A stretch of DNA of 55,382 nucleotides, taken from contig NW_008246090.1 of NCBI RefSeq assembly GCF_000281045.1, positions 347,704 through 403,085 on the forward strand, in the 5' to 3' direction. This DNA is from Saprolegnia diclina VS20 (Eukaryota). Shown here one piece after another: positions 10,859 through 22,832 of this stretch (positions are counted from its first letter, which is position 1; the number at the start of each line of letters is the position of its first letter). Both the position numbers and the translations under genes were made by a program. Below the pieces are notes generated by a model that did not search any database, had not been told where the DNA came from, and was given only the letters and a program-made list of their open reading frames with translations.

Positions 10859-12012
10859 ATGTTCCACCACGACGGGTACGGCGATACGCGGCCGTCGGAC
10901 GCGCCGGGCCGGTCGGCCTACGACTTTGAGCCGTCGCAGCGGCCGAGCGTCTTCACGGGTGTCGCCAAGGTGCTCGTGATGCTCGTGAACCTCGTCTTCA
11001 TCATGCTCGCCGGCATGCTCATCTACTTTACGCTCTGGGTCAAGAACATTGGCGTCACCAAGATGTTCCAGGCCAACTACGCCTGGGTGCAGAACACGAC
11101 GTTCACTGTGCTCCTTATATTTGGCGTCGTCGTGCTCATCGTGTCGCTGCTCGGCTGCCTCGGCGCCTGGGCCCGCAACCGGTACGAGATCCTAGGGTAC
11201 CTGAGCTGAGTCGACGAAATGCTGGCTAGGCACATGCTGCTCGTGTACACGGCGGGCCTTGTCATCAACTTTTTCCTCTTTGGCGCCATCACGGTCGGCG
11301 GCTTTTACTCGTTGAGCACGGCCAACACGTGGGCCGACTCGCCGCGTACGCTCCAGGCGAAGGAAGATGTGGTCGCGAAAGAGTTCAACAAGATGTACTG
11401 CGACGGCCAAGTCGCGTACTACTGCTCGCAGGGCAGTGTGACGGCGTCGCTCGACCTCTTCCTGCAAGATGCGTCGTTAGTGGCGCTCGTGCGGCCGCTC
11501 TTTAGCCAGCTCCAGGGCTGGAACCAAGTGTGCAACTCGACGCAGATGAAGATCACCAACGTCGCGCTCGAGACAAAGCTCAACGAAACCTGCGCGCTCT
11601 GCGCCAAGTTTGACTACGCCGACTACGCCGACTTTCTCACGTGGTCCCAGACCAACTGCTCGCTCAACGCTGTCTCGACAGCCTACTGCGTCACATACCT
11701 CCAGAACACCACCAACAACTCCGCGTAGACATCGCCCGCACTGCTTTTGTGGCTCATGGTTGTACGATCGGGTAGGATCTACTTTGAAGGCGCCCCATAC
11801 GGCGAGTGCCGAGGCAGCTTCCTCAATCTCTGGAAGTCCGTGAGCCGCGTCTTGGCCTACGGAGGGCTCATCGTTGCCATCGTCTCGTACGTGGTTGATG
11901 GACGAATCATGGCGTGCTCACTTGATGCCGGCGTAGGCTCTCGATCTTGATCACGTCCCTGGCGCTGCGACGGACCGTACTCGAGACCTCCAAGAACAGC
12001 ATCATTCAGTGA
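10859..12012 (+). CDS. Tetraspanin-like membrane protein, multi-exon
   Basis: TM1 KVLVMLVNLVFIMLAGMLIYF, TM2 ending SLLGCLGAW, TM3, a Cys-rich large loop with YGECR and a final TM. Stop TGA 12010-12012 after inferred splicing. Confidence 0.75.
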
Positions 12013-12412
12013 GCTCCAGGCTGTAAGTGGTGCGCCATCGGGCGTTGACAATAGCTTAATCATCACTTGCTGAGGATGAGACAGATGGTGTGGACGAGTT
12101 GACCGTAGCATCTCACACATATACACGCTCTGTGACCTCGTGGTCCTTGGTGATAGCATATCGTCACGTACGTTGCCATCGTACTTGGCGCTATGCATGC
12201 TACCAGTGGCACCAAACTCGGACTGGGATCGCACGGCTCGCCAATGCGACAGAACTTGGACTTGGACGTAAGAGTTGACTGGCAAATATTAAATGTGACA
12301 GGTTATCGAAGAAAAGGGTACCTAAATATATGTATTGAAAGAGGTATTGGATTACAGAGGTGGCCAGGTTTTGGATCAGTTTTTTGCGTTCATTCCCAAC
12401 GTCGGCGAGATC

Positions 12413-14551
12413 ATGGCGTCGTGGCTCAGCACGTCGCTCCAGCGCGCGGGCGAGCTCCTCGAGTCGGTCGACCAGAAGGCCGCTGGGAAGCTCAAGCCGA
12501 TCGCAGGTACGCCGCCGTCCATGGGCCTTGCGCGGCTCAAGCAACCATCGCGTCTAGAGGATCGGCTGCGCAAATCTCGCCACGACGAAGCAGGTGCGCA
12601 TGGTCATCGGCGTTGTGGCCGGTGCGTTACGGTGCGCCACTAGGTGCAGACGAGACGCGCATGAACGAGGCCGATGCGCGGGTACAGCTACGATCGCCTG
12701 CGTTCTCATTTCTTCAATCGTGCCTCCTAGAGTGAGAGTGGCTTTGGCCCACGGGCCTTGTCGCATGCGAGCTTGGCGCCGGCAAGCGCGTTGGGCGAGG
12801 TCCCCGAGTCCGACTCGTACTCGGAGTGGAGCGAAGTGGAGAACGAGAGCAACAGCGGTCTTATCATGGAAGACATGCCGCTGTCGTCGTCGTCGTCGCG
12901 GTCGCTGGCGCCGCTGCACTCGCCGCCAAGCCGGGGCCCCGACCTCCCGCTCTCCAAGAACGAAACCACACGGTGCGTCGCCTTTGCCAGGAAGAGGGTG
13001 CAAAGACTGCGAATTTAGGCTACGCAAAGAAAACGCAAAGCTCAAGGCCGACTTGGTCGCGGTCGAGCGCCACTTGGCGACGAGCCACGAGCGGTACCGC
13101 GTGTGCGAAGACGAACTCGACGCGCTCGACAAGGAGTGCACGGCCAAGATCACCTCGCTCGAGACCGAGGTTGTCGGCGTCGTCGCGCTTGCGATGGCTC
13201 ATGGCGCGTGGTAGATTGCAACGCTCAAGCAAGAAAAGGCCAGTGACGAAGAAGGCTTTACGACCGCACTGGCCATGAAAGACGGTCACATTCAAGCCAT
13301 CCAGGCCGATCTCGACAGAGCCAAAACGGCGCACGCAGCGTACTCGCAGGCTCTCTATACCGATCTGTCGCTCAGGTTGATCCTACGATAGACAACAAGC
13401 CGACCTCGACGCGGTGCGTCACGCCCTCGCCGAGATCCGAAACAACAAGGACCAGGCGTGGACCCAAGCGGCGAGGTAGTCGAATCTCAATGTTTCAACT
13501 TGATATGAACACGTACGAATAGCGGCGAGGCCCGCGTCCACGAACAGCTGCTCTCGGCGCAGGTCGAGCTCAAAGAGGCGCAAACGCTCATCGCATCGCT
13601 CAAGAAGGACCACGCCGACGCCAAGCAGTCGATGTACGCGCGGCAGTGCCAGCTCGAAGCCACGAACGCGCAGCTGACGCAAGACGTCGCCGCACTCGAG
13701 CGTCAACTCGGCGACAAGTCGACCACCGTACGCTGCCGCCTCGTCTCTATCGCTCGAAAGTACGACGTAGGTGGCGACGCTGCACCCTGCGCCGGTGCAC
13801 GCGGAATTGCAGCAGACAGCACACGCGTTGGCCGCGGCCAAGAAGGCGCTTTACGAAGAAACGCGGAAGGCGCAGTTGCACGAGCAGGAAGTGGCGACCT
13901 TCCGCCGCGAGCTCACGCTGCTGCAAGGCACGCTGCTCGAGAAGGACCGCCAGCACACCGAGGCGCTTCAGACAGCGCTAAAGCAAGCGACGAAGCCGTC
14001 GCCTGTCGTCGCTGTCGAGCCCCGACGCTCGTCGTCGATCGCCGACGACGACGTCGCACACAAGAGCCAGCTCCAAGCCATGACGCACCGCCTCTTGGAG
14101 AAGCAAGAACAGCTTGACGGCCTTCGCGGTCGCTACGCGTCGCTCGAGATGCGCTTCAATGAGCTCCGGGCGCACAAAGAGGTACAACAGTGGCATCACG
14201 AGCAAAGAACAGGGCGTCACGCGTGCGTAGACGTCGCTGGATCTCGAGGCGGGCCGCAAGCGCGGGTTGCCCGTGTACCAGAACACACATCGACCACAGC
14301 ACAATCGTGTCTTGAATGCAGGTATGCGGGGAGTATGCTCGGTGCTGTGATTCACGCAGATTTGGCTAGTTGGCGCCGTGGACAAGCAGTTGTTTCTCTT
14401 CGGACGCTTCCTTCGAGCGTATCCCGCAGCCCGCGTGGCGTGTGTGTGCTACTTGGTGCTGCTACACCTCTGGGCCTTTGTGATTTTGAGCTTCCACACA
14501 AGTCATTTGAACGACGAGATGCTGCACCAAAAAGCGACGCCGTCCAAGTAG
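12413..14551 (+). CDS. GOLGA5: Golgin-84 (GOLGA5)-like coiled-coil protein with C-terminal TM anchor, multi-exon
   Basis: N-terminus MASWLSTSLQRAGELLESVDQKAA, long coiled-coil exons, and a C-terminal RYPQPRGVCVCYLVLLHLWAFVIL segment carrying the golgin-84-type Y..L.H TM motif. Confidence 0.75.
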
Positions 14552-15091
14552 GACACGATATGTACAAGACCTTAACTACTTAGCGTTGCTATACATCTTT
14601 GTCTTGGGGTATTGCGTCCAGGGCGGGACGATGGTCATCAGAGTCAACCTCCCGGTCGTCCCACCGACTAGCTCTGCATTTAGACACTGCTGCACTAGTC
14701 GTGGCCATCGCAAAGGCTTCCGCCACAGTGTATATCCCAATGATCTACAATGAACTTACTCTTCCGTCGTCCATGGTGGTAGTTAGTTAGTTGGAGTTAG
14801 TCGCTAGCGTGCTATTTCGTGTTGCGTGTTTAGTGAAGCGGGTGTCACGTCGACGCGACGCGCCAAGGTGCGAGTGTCGCGCTCGTCCTGCCTCAAAAAG
14901 CCGACCGGAAATCTCACTTGATCTCTAAAAAGGACTTTTTGCTTTCCGGTAGGATATTGTGTCCGAATTCTAACTTTGTTGCACCAGCCGTTTCAGCCTT
15001 TATATAGGTTTTTGTATGCTCTCCGGCTTTGGTCCGGGCTTACGAAACGGATGCCACTCGAAATCCGAACGATTAGTTGGCTTTTCGCAGC

Positions 15092-16006
15092 ATGGCCGCG
15101 CTGTACAGCCTCGCCGACAAGTCGGTGAACGGCGAGTCGCCAGAGCTGACGTGGCTGCGCCGCTGCCTGCCCATCTTCGTGCAGCCCAAGGTCGACCTCG
15201 AGAATGAGAACCACCTGATCAAGATCCTGTATGCATTCGAGCGCCATGGCTCGACGGGCCAGCTCCACTGCAAGCTCTGCATCATCTTTGCGGGCGAGTC
15301 GTCGTACAACCGCGGCGACGAGCGCAAGCACAATGGCTTTGCCACGCTCTTGTACCGGTCCTTCAACCGCCACGCGTACGAGCGCACGGCCGACATCAAC
15401 TACCTTGAGTTCAGAGGCGTCGACTTGACGCCACAGTCGGTCCGGCCCTGGAACAGTATTTATACCGGCGATCACTCGGGCGTACGACGTGCTTGCATGG
15501 AGGCTACGTAACTAGCTCATGCGTTCTCGTGCGTTTAGAACCAACGATGGGCCCAAGGCGACAAGCGCAACATCTGCAACTGGTTCTCGCTCATGTACCA
15601 TTACCAAATGGACGTCGTCTTTGAGGAGTGGCACTGCGAAGGCGCGCGCCCGCGCATCTACCTCAACACATGCAACCACATGGTGGGCGAGGTCGACAAC
15701 AACCCGAGTCTCGAGAAGCACGACTGGGCCAACTACCCGTTTCAGGAAGGCGACGCCAACGACGCGCTCACGTGGGTCAAGGACAACGTCCCGACCAAGT
15801 TCAACTTGTACTCGTACTGCTGCTGTTGTTTTGCGCGCAACGGAGGCGGCGTCTGCGACCGCCACGTCATTTCCAAGGCCCCCGGCCACGACAAGCTGTC
15901 GCAAACACGCGACATTGACCACTACGTTCTCTACGGCGGCGCCACGCCCGTGGACCTCCCGGCACCCAAGGCAGTCAAGAAGCTCAAGGAGAAGCGCGGG
16001 TATTAA
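15092..16006 (+). CDS. Hypothetical protein (two exons)
   Basis: Exon 1 MAALYSLADK...GDHSG, intron GTACGA...TTTAG (~15482-15538), exon 2 NQRWAQG...KEKRGY*. Strong GC3 bias. Confidence 0.75.
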
Positions 16007-16242
16007 CATCGGCATGAATACAGTTGCGCTTCATATGTTCATCGTCGTCGGCTGCCGGCGGCGCTCGGCTTGCGTCGAAAGATCCGGTCGAGGCCATTGG
16101 TTTAAAAAAGTCGAATATACTGAAATGCAGCCAATGGGCTCGTAGTTTCCAATTTCGAAATGCGTAGTTTCGACCAATGGCCTTTCAGTTGGAAGCTCGC
16201 GATCTTTGCACTTTCGAAATCGTCGGTTCGCTGGCAGGAGAG

Positions 16243-19200
16243 ATGGAGTTCCTTCGGCAACTCAGCTCGTACATCGGCGGCGGACCCGCCGAGGTCGAAG
16301 AAACGGAAGAGCAGCGCTTCCAGCGCGAGCGCCGCCAGGCCAAGCTGCGCATGCTTAGCCGCAGCCAGCGCGGTGTGATCCTCGACGACCTCAAGGCGTC
16401 CGTGACCGAGGTCTTCCAGCTTCTCGCCGAGAGCCAAAAGCAAGTGAACCAAGCCACAATCGCATCGTCGACGATGGAAAGCGTCGACGACAACAACAAG
16501 AAGGTGCTCATCCTCAACGACGACATCCCCGCTGTCTCGAAACTCTGCGCGAACCTCGACCGGTGTTTCTCTCATGGCCTCCGCCGCGTCGAGAACGACG
16601 AGACGCAAAGCGTCAAGTTCTTCGGCCTCCTGAAATGGACGTGCACGCGGCTCGGCGCGATTCACCAGCAGCGCATGGCCCATGGCGTCGACGGTGCCGG
16701 CAGCGCCAACCTCTCCAAGCAAGCGGTCCAGCTTGCGACGTCGTCGCTCGAGCCCGAGCTGCCGCGCAATGTCCGCGGCTTTCTCGCATGCGTCCGCACG
16801 GCCAACAATCTCTCCAACGTCCAGCAAGACGAAGGGAAGGCGCGCGCGTTCATTCGCCAAGCGCTCAACACGCACATCTTTCTCGAGTGCATGCGCGTGA
16901 CGCTCAACGAGGCCAACGACGACCTCCTCATGTCCTACTTTACCGAGTACGCGCTCTTTCGCCAAAAGGTATTATCAACGTTTCAAGTTGATAGCTCAAT
17001 GGGGGAATGCGGCGTAGGAAGAAATCGCTACGTTCTTGTCGCTTCTCGACGGCCTCGATACGCTCTCGTTCGGGTTTATGGTCAACGACATGCGTCTCGA
17101 CTTGTCGCCGGACATTCAGCCCTTCAACACGCCGCTGCCAAAGCCTGTGCCGCAGATCGCCGAGGCGCCGCCAGCCGAGCTCATCGACCCCGAAGACATG
17201 ATCCAGGGCCGCGTCCGGCTCTCGGGCGAAGACTACGAGTGCAACCTCCTTGCGAGTAAGCTCATGTCGCATCGGCAGCTCAACGCCAAGTTTGACACGT
17301 CCAACAACGGCAACCCGCTCGCCGACGTCCTCAAGCGGGCCAAGACGAGCCAAGCATTGGACGATGCGACGTCGGCCGTGCTGCGCTTTCTCGAGATTGG
17401 CTTACCCGAGTACGACGTCTTTGGCGCACCGCTCCTCGAAGTGGTCTGCAACCCATTCCTCTGTGGCTTGGCGCGCTTCGACACGGCGCTCGGGCTCCCC
17501 GATGTCGTCGAAGCGTGTGTGTGCTACCTGCACCGCAAGCTGGCGACGCCGGGGCTCTTTCAAGTCCACTTGGCGTCCGAGCACGTCCTCGACCTGCGCG
17601 ACGCGATCGAAGAGCTCGGTGGCTTCCACAAGAGCATGGCGATCGATCCGCACGAGGTCATCTCGGTGCTGCTGCAGTACCTCTGGGAGCTCCCGGAAGC
17701 ACTCTTGACCGAAGACCGCCTCGATGCTTTCGTTTCCATTGGCAAGAACATGGCCATGGATGAAGTGACGCAGGTCAAGAGCCTCCGCGCCCTCGTGAAC
17801 GACCTCCCGTGGTACGTCAAGCCGCTTCTCGAGCGTCTTCTGCACCTCTTTGCCCGTGCGTTCACGCCCGAGTTTCAACACAAGAGCGGGCTCGAACTGC
17901 ACACGTTGTCGCTGCTCTTAGCGCCCATCTTGCTTCGTCCGACACGCAGCTTTCGCTTCTCCGAGCTCGACGAACCAGCGTTCCGGCGCTTCCCGCTTGC
18001 TGGGCACATCCCTATCAAGCATCGGTTTCCTTCCAATGTACGCGATACGTCCTACATGCCGGTGTTTGACAGACGATGGGTGTAGCTCTACAGCGAGTAC
18101 CCGAGCGAAGAGGCCGAGCGCATGGCGTCCGAAGTCCAGGCGCTGCGCAAGCTCAAGCAGCAGGCCGAAGACGGCGCACTCGTGCTCGAGCTTCTCATCA
18201 CGCACCAAGACGCCATTTTGCGCGACATTCGCGACGAGATGGCGACGCATCGCGCGGCGCTTGAGGTCAAGGTCGGCCACATGGAGAAGGTTCGGCTGCG
18301 CCTCGCCGAGCGCATTGACGTCACCAAGCCGTACCACGTGTCGCTCCTCCGGACGCTCTGGAGCGGTCTCCTCCCGCTTGACGAGACTGCTTCCGACTAT
18401 AATGCCAACCTCGCGCTCGAGAAGGCCGAGTCAGTGGATGTGACCGCGCTATTGCATTCGTCGCGCTGGCTCGCAAGCGGGTTCCACACCAAGGACCCGC
18501 TCGGCGGCTTCCGCGGCGGCGGCTTGCTCTCGCTCGAGTGCCTCGCGTTCTTTGTCCACGAGTACAAGGAAAAGGCGCAGGTACGACAATGTGTCCACTT
18601 TGCATTCGGACAATGTAATGGGGAGTAGAACATGATGACGCGCAATGCGCAGCCGGGCGGGAGCCGGTATCCGTTTCCTGTCGCGGCCATCAACGTCATG
18701 CGCATGCTCATCAAGCTCCTCATGCTCGACCAAGTGCCCGCGAGCAGCTCAAAGCTCATCCTGCACGCCGAGACGGGCGTCGACACGGTGCTGCAGATGC
18801 AAGTGGCCGAGCGCGTGTCGCGTACGCCGTTCTGGAAGGTCTTTGACGAAGAGCATGCGTTCGAGAAGCTCTTCTCGATGTCGTTCATGGTGCTCGACTT
18901 GCACTGGCTCCGGTCGGGCGCCACGCAGATGGGCTTCAACCCCGTACGTCTTGGTGTTGCGAGAGCAATGAAGTCGATGTATGTGGTGTTAGGTGTTGGA
19001 CACGACCCGTCGGCAAATGGGCTGGCTCCTCGAGCAAGCGCCGCGGTCCATTGACGAGATGTGGACCTTGTGGATGCAAGTCCGCGAGCAGCAGGTCAAG
19101 AAGGTACCTGCGTCGTCATCGTCGTCGTCGGCAGGCAACCAACCGGCGCACTCGGACCCGCTTCTGCTTGACGAGACGGCCATGTTGGTCGAGACGGCGC

Positions 19201-19394
19201 TGGATGAAGAGGCGCTCGCGGACCAAATGATGCTCAACCTCAAGCAAAAGGACAAGGACCGCATGGCGAGCCAGGCCAAGTACTTGGAAGAGAAGCTGGC
19301 GGCGCTCGAGACGACGTCGTTCCCAGAGTACTGCGATGACAACATCGCCAAGCTCACGGCCCTCGACATCAACGAGACGCTCGAATCGCTCTAG
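16243..19394 (+). CDS. RUN + RhoGAP-like + ELMO/CED-12 domain protein, multi-exon
   Basis: RUN: LCANLDRCFSHGLR, GKARAFIRQALN, YFTEYALF. RhoGAP-like: VFGAPLLEV, LPDVVEACVCYL, SVLLQYLWELPEALLT, LAPILLRP. ELMO: WLASGFHTKDPLGGFRGGGLLSLECLAFF, YPFPVAAINV. Confidence 0.8.
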
Positions 19395-19436
19395 GATTTA
19401 CTTTTGCTCGCGAGTTTCAACTTGATACTTTTTTTC

Positions 19437-20036
19437 TTAATCGTATTGCTGCCGCAATTGCATCTCGGTCTCCGACTTCCAGCCGCGAAAGTCGCTGCCA
19501 ATCCCCGACTGACCCTTTAGCCGCTGCGCCTTGACACGGTCTTTGCCCGATGGTTTGTCGTCGGCCTTGCGCTTGGATGGGGCGGCGGTCGCTGGCTGGC
19601 CGCGCGTCCGCTTCTTGGGCATGCTCCGTGTCGGCGACGAGAGCCCTGGAAACTCTTCGATGCTGTTGACAATACGGCCTTTCGGCGACGTAGGTTGGTT
19701 GGACAGTGGCGCTGCTGCATCGCGGTCGTCGTCTGCGTCGTCGTCGTCGTTGCCGGCGACGCGCTTCTCCTCGACGTCAAAGACGTTCATCGTAGCGGCG
19801 ACGGGCTTCTCCTCGACGTCAAAGACGTTCATCGTAGCGGCGACGGGCTTGTCCAGAAAGGTCGGGCGCTGTGTGGTCGCAAAGACATCGTCGACCGACG
19901 GCAGCGCGATGCCAGATTGCTTGGCCACCGCACGGGGCGCCGTCGTTGGCGCGGCTTCGTCGTCGCTGCTGCTGCTGTCGCTGTACTCGGCGCCGAGGAG
20001 GGCCGACATGGGGCTGCTAGTGGAACTGGATGCCAT
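19437..20036 (-). CDS. Conserved hypothetical protein (C-terminal WKSETEMQLRQQYD motif)
   Basis: Intronless 199-aa ORF. The SALLGAEYSDSSS N-terminus and KDRVKAQRLKGQS...WKSETEMQLRQQYD C-terminus resemble a conserved uncharacterised eukaryotic family (from memory). Confidence 0.7.
   Translation of the reverse strand: MASSSTSSPMSALLGAEYSDSSSSDDEAAPTTAPRAVAKQSGIALPSVDDVFATTQRPTFLDKPVAATMNVFDVEEKPVAATMNVFDVEEKRVAGNDDDDADDDRDAAAPLSNQPTSPKGRIVNSIEEFPGLSSPTRSMPKKRTRGQPATAAPSKRKADDKPSGKDRVKAQRLKGQSGIGSDFRGWKSETEMQLRQQYD
19763..19850. repeat. Exact 42-bp in-frame tandem duplication (KPVAATMNVFDVEE x2)
   Basis: 19763-19804 is identical to 19805-19846. Confidence 0.95.
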
Positions 20037-20039
20037 TGG

Positions 20040-20135
20040 TGTAAAAAAGGATCCACCGCCGACTTATGGCCAATCAAAACGAATGAGAATGGTTGTCCGG
20101 ACGTGTACGTGGCATGATTGGCAGATAATCAATTA
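20040..20135. promoter_or_regulatory. Probable bidirectional promoter with CCAAT boxes
   Basis: 176-bp gap between divergent ATGs at 20036 and 20213 contains GGCCAATCA and TGATTGGC. Confidence 0.4.
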
Positions 20136-20212
20136 ACCGGACGCCATTTTGGCAAACCACAGACAAGGCCAGTGTTCGTTTTGCGAAGCCGAGCCCAAGC
20201 CAGACGAAGAGC

Positions 20213-21628
20213 ATGATCCCGCTGGGCCGTCGTGACACCGGTGGGCGTGGCCGCCTTGGCGGTGCTGGCGCCGGGCGTGGCCTTCCTCCGCCCATGACGG
20301 CGCTCGGTGCGCCCAAGGAAGATGACTTTGAGGAAGAATACACGCTGCGCCTGATCCCGTCGATCAAGAAGTACAACGTCGGCCGCTTCAACGAGCCGAC
20401 GCTGCCCAACTTTAGCAAGTGCCCGCAGCCCGTGGTCATGTACGAGGAGCCCGAGAAGGTGCCGGAAGAGGACGAAGAGAAGGACAAGGAGCCCGTGGGC
20501 TGGAACCCGGCGCTCCGGAAGCGCCGCCGTCGTCGCCGGAAGGACAACCGCATCAAAAACTGGATCATCGAAGACAACGAGAGCAAGACCAAGTTTACGG
20601 GGACCGTCGAGGGTGGCGTCACATCGACGTACATGCTCATGGTCAAGACGCCGCACAAGAACGAGTTCCAGGTCGTTCCGGTCGAACAGTGGTTCCGCTT
20701 CAAGAAGCCGCTCAACTACCGCACGCTGACGCTCGAAGAGGCCGAGGAGTTCAACAACGAGAAGAAGCGCGCTGTCGAGCGCTGGCTCATGAACCACAAC
20801 CTCGCCGGCGAGAAGAAGAACGACACGGAGGTCGTGCCGACGTCGAGCATCAAGACGGGCGCGCTCAAGTCGGCCGGGGGCGCGGCTGCCGCCAAGTCGG
20901 ACGACATCTTTACCGTGGCCGAGACCAAGGGCGGACGCCGCCGACCGCGCAAGACGGCGGCCGAAGGCGACCCGACCGGTGACGATGGCGGTGACTTTGA
21001 CGAAGTGTTTGACGACGACGAGAGCGGGCACGAGATTGAAGGTGGCAACAAGGGCGTCGCGGCAGAGTCCGAGTCGAGCGATGACGAGATGGAGGACGGC
21101 AGCAAGGACAAGAAGGCCGCCGTGTCCCTCGACGAGCTCCTCAAGCGCACGCAGGAGGCGAGCAAGAAGGATGGTGCGGTCGAGAATGGCGACAAGGAGT
21201 CGGACGACGATGACGACAAGGAGTCGGGCGGTGCGCAGAAGTACGACTACGACGACTATGGCAGCCTCATCACCAACAAGCCCGCGGAAGGCACGGCGGA
21301 TGCGGCGGCAGCGCCGGTCGAAACCAAGCCGGCGGCCGTGGCCAAGCCCGCACCTGGTAAGCGTGCGCTGGACGACAAGGCCGACGACTCGAGCAACAAG
21401 AAGTCCAAGACGTCGACGCAGCTCAAGCTGACCGAGGCGGGTGTTCAGGAAGAGCTCATTCGCTTTGGCGGGCGCATGAAGACGCGCGATTTGATCAAGC
21501 GCCTCAAAAAGTTTTTGATCACGAACGAAGACAAGGCGCTGCTGCGCGATATTCTGCGGACGATCTGCGACAAGGAGGAAGACCCGGTCGACGGTGTCTA
21601 CATGGTGCTCAAGACGCAGTTCCGTTGA
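20213..21628 (+). CDS. GTF2F1: Transcription initiation factor IIF alpha subunit (RAP74)
   Basis: WIIEDNESKTKFTGTVEGG, FQVVPVEQWFRF, YRTLTLEEAEE, an acidic linker, and a C-terminal winged-helix-like segment (LTEAGVQEEL...MKTRDLIKRLK). Confidence 0.85.
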   Translation: MIPLGRRDTGGRGRLGGAGAGRGLPPPMTALGAPKEDDFEEEYTLRLIPSIKKYNVGRFNEPTLPNFSKCPQPVVMYEEPEKVPEEDEEKDKEPVGWNPALRKRRRRRRKDNRIKNWIIEDNESKTKFTGTVEGGVTSTYMLMVKTPHKNEFQVVPVEQWFRFKKPLNYRTLTLEEAEEFNNEKKRAVERWLMNHNLAGEKKNDTEVVPTSSIKTGALKSAGGAAAAKSDDIFTVAETKGGRRRPRKTAAEGDPTGDDGGDFDEVFDDDESGHEIEGGNKGVAAESESSDDEMEDGSKDKKAAVSLDELLKRTQEASKKDGAVENGDKESDDDDDKESGGAQKYDYDDYGSLITNKPAEGTADAAAAPVETKPAAVAKPAPGKRALDDKADDSSNKKSKTSTQLKLTEAGVQEELIRFGGRMKTRDLIKRLKKFLITNEDKALLRDILRTICDKEEDPVDGVYMVLKTQFR

Positions 21629-22202
21629 TCTCGACGCTCGTAGTCGCTACGTAAATACTCCTTCATCCTCTATCGACGACACCTGAATTGCTTGTTGTCA
21701 AAGATCAGCTTTGCCCTACCTTCGCAGTGAATACCAGGCTGGGCTCACCTCCAGCAAGCCTTATATGCGGGCTAGATGGGCTCTATACAGACGAGCTATC
21801 CGACTGGTGCCATCGATCCAGCACCAGTTTGACAAGAGGGTGCACGACGACGCTTCGTGCAGGAGACGTGGCCGCAACTGAGCCGAATCTGAGACATTGA
21901 CGGAGCGAAACCACTTGCCAACGCTAGCAGTCTTCAAGTCGAGATGGCGGTCGGTGGGGCCGATGGCCGTTGATTCTCGAGGACCCCTGGAAACTGCGCA
22001 ACCGAGCCCCATGCTCGACGCCTGGAGCAGCTCACGGCCGAGCCAAGGCGGGGCTGCAAGTTACGTCCCCACACCGCCGTGGTCGGACGAGCGAGTGAAT
22101 AGGAAGAATCGTCGCTACGTAGGCAGCGTCATTGCAGGACGACGGGTGGTAGCCGTGAATATGAGGCGGTTCCGAGAGAGATCAGCATGCCTGTGTATTA
22201 GC

Positions 22203-22832
22203 CTACTGGTCGCGCTTGCGTTTCTTCATTTGGATAACCTTGGCGCATGCGATGAGTCCGTTCTCGCGGCCTTTCCAGCGCAAAAAGTCCTCGGCGTCGT
22301 CGACGCCCGCGAGGAAGAGGTCCTTCTCGAACTCGGTGAGCTTGCGCGTAAACTCGGTCGTGTCTTCGTCGTGCGAGTTCATCGACTGGTCGAGGATCGC
22401 CTTGTAGCGCTCTCCGCCAAATGCGACGCGCAGAATCTCGTCAATCGCGCGGCCTTCGTCCTCGTCCTCGATGAGCGGCAGCACTTGCTTCCCGACCTCA
22501 AAGTAATACGGGTTCATGTCCCGGAGGTTGGCGGCCGACGGCCCGGCCTTGACGACGTTGCGGAAGCGGCTGTTGAGGCACGTGGGCACGAGCGTCTACA
22601 GCGCATGATGCGACTTCGAGCGCCCGCACATGGAGTGGTCGGGTACCTTGACCGTGTTGTGGCGGGCGAGCGCCGACGCCATCCACAGCGGCAGCTCGAG
22701 CTTCGTGTTCATCGCGAGGTCCTTCCCGAGGCTCGATGGGTCGAGGAAGCCGCAGTCGGTTGCATCTGTCTGGAAGACGCATTGGACCCGCTCTTCCTCC
22801 GCGATGAGCGCGCCGACGCTGTAGTACCCCAT
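22203..22832 (-). CDS. GINS3: GINS complex subunit Psf3 (two exons)
   Basis: MGYYSVGALIAEEERVQCVF, GFLDPS, TKLELPLWMA, ANLRDMNPYYFEVG, FTRKLTEFEKDLF. Intron ~22596-22646. Confidence 0.9.

Noticed and set aside
14904..14950. Short inverted repeat ACCGGAAA...TTTCCGGT with inner AAAAAG/CTTTTT
   Set aside because: Arms of 6-8 bp are expected by chance, and there is no further support.
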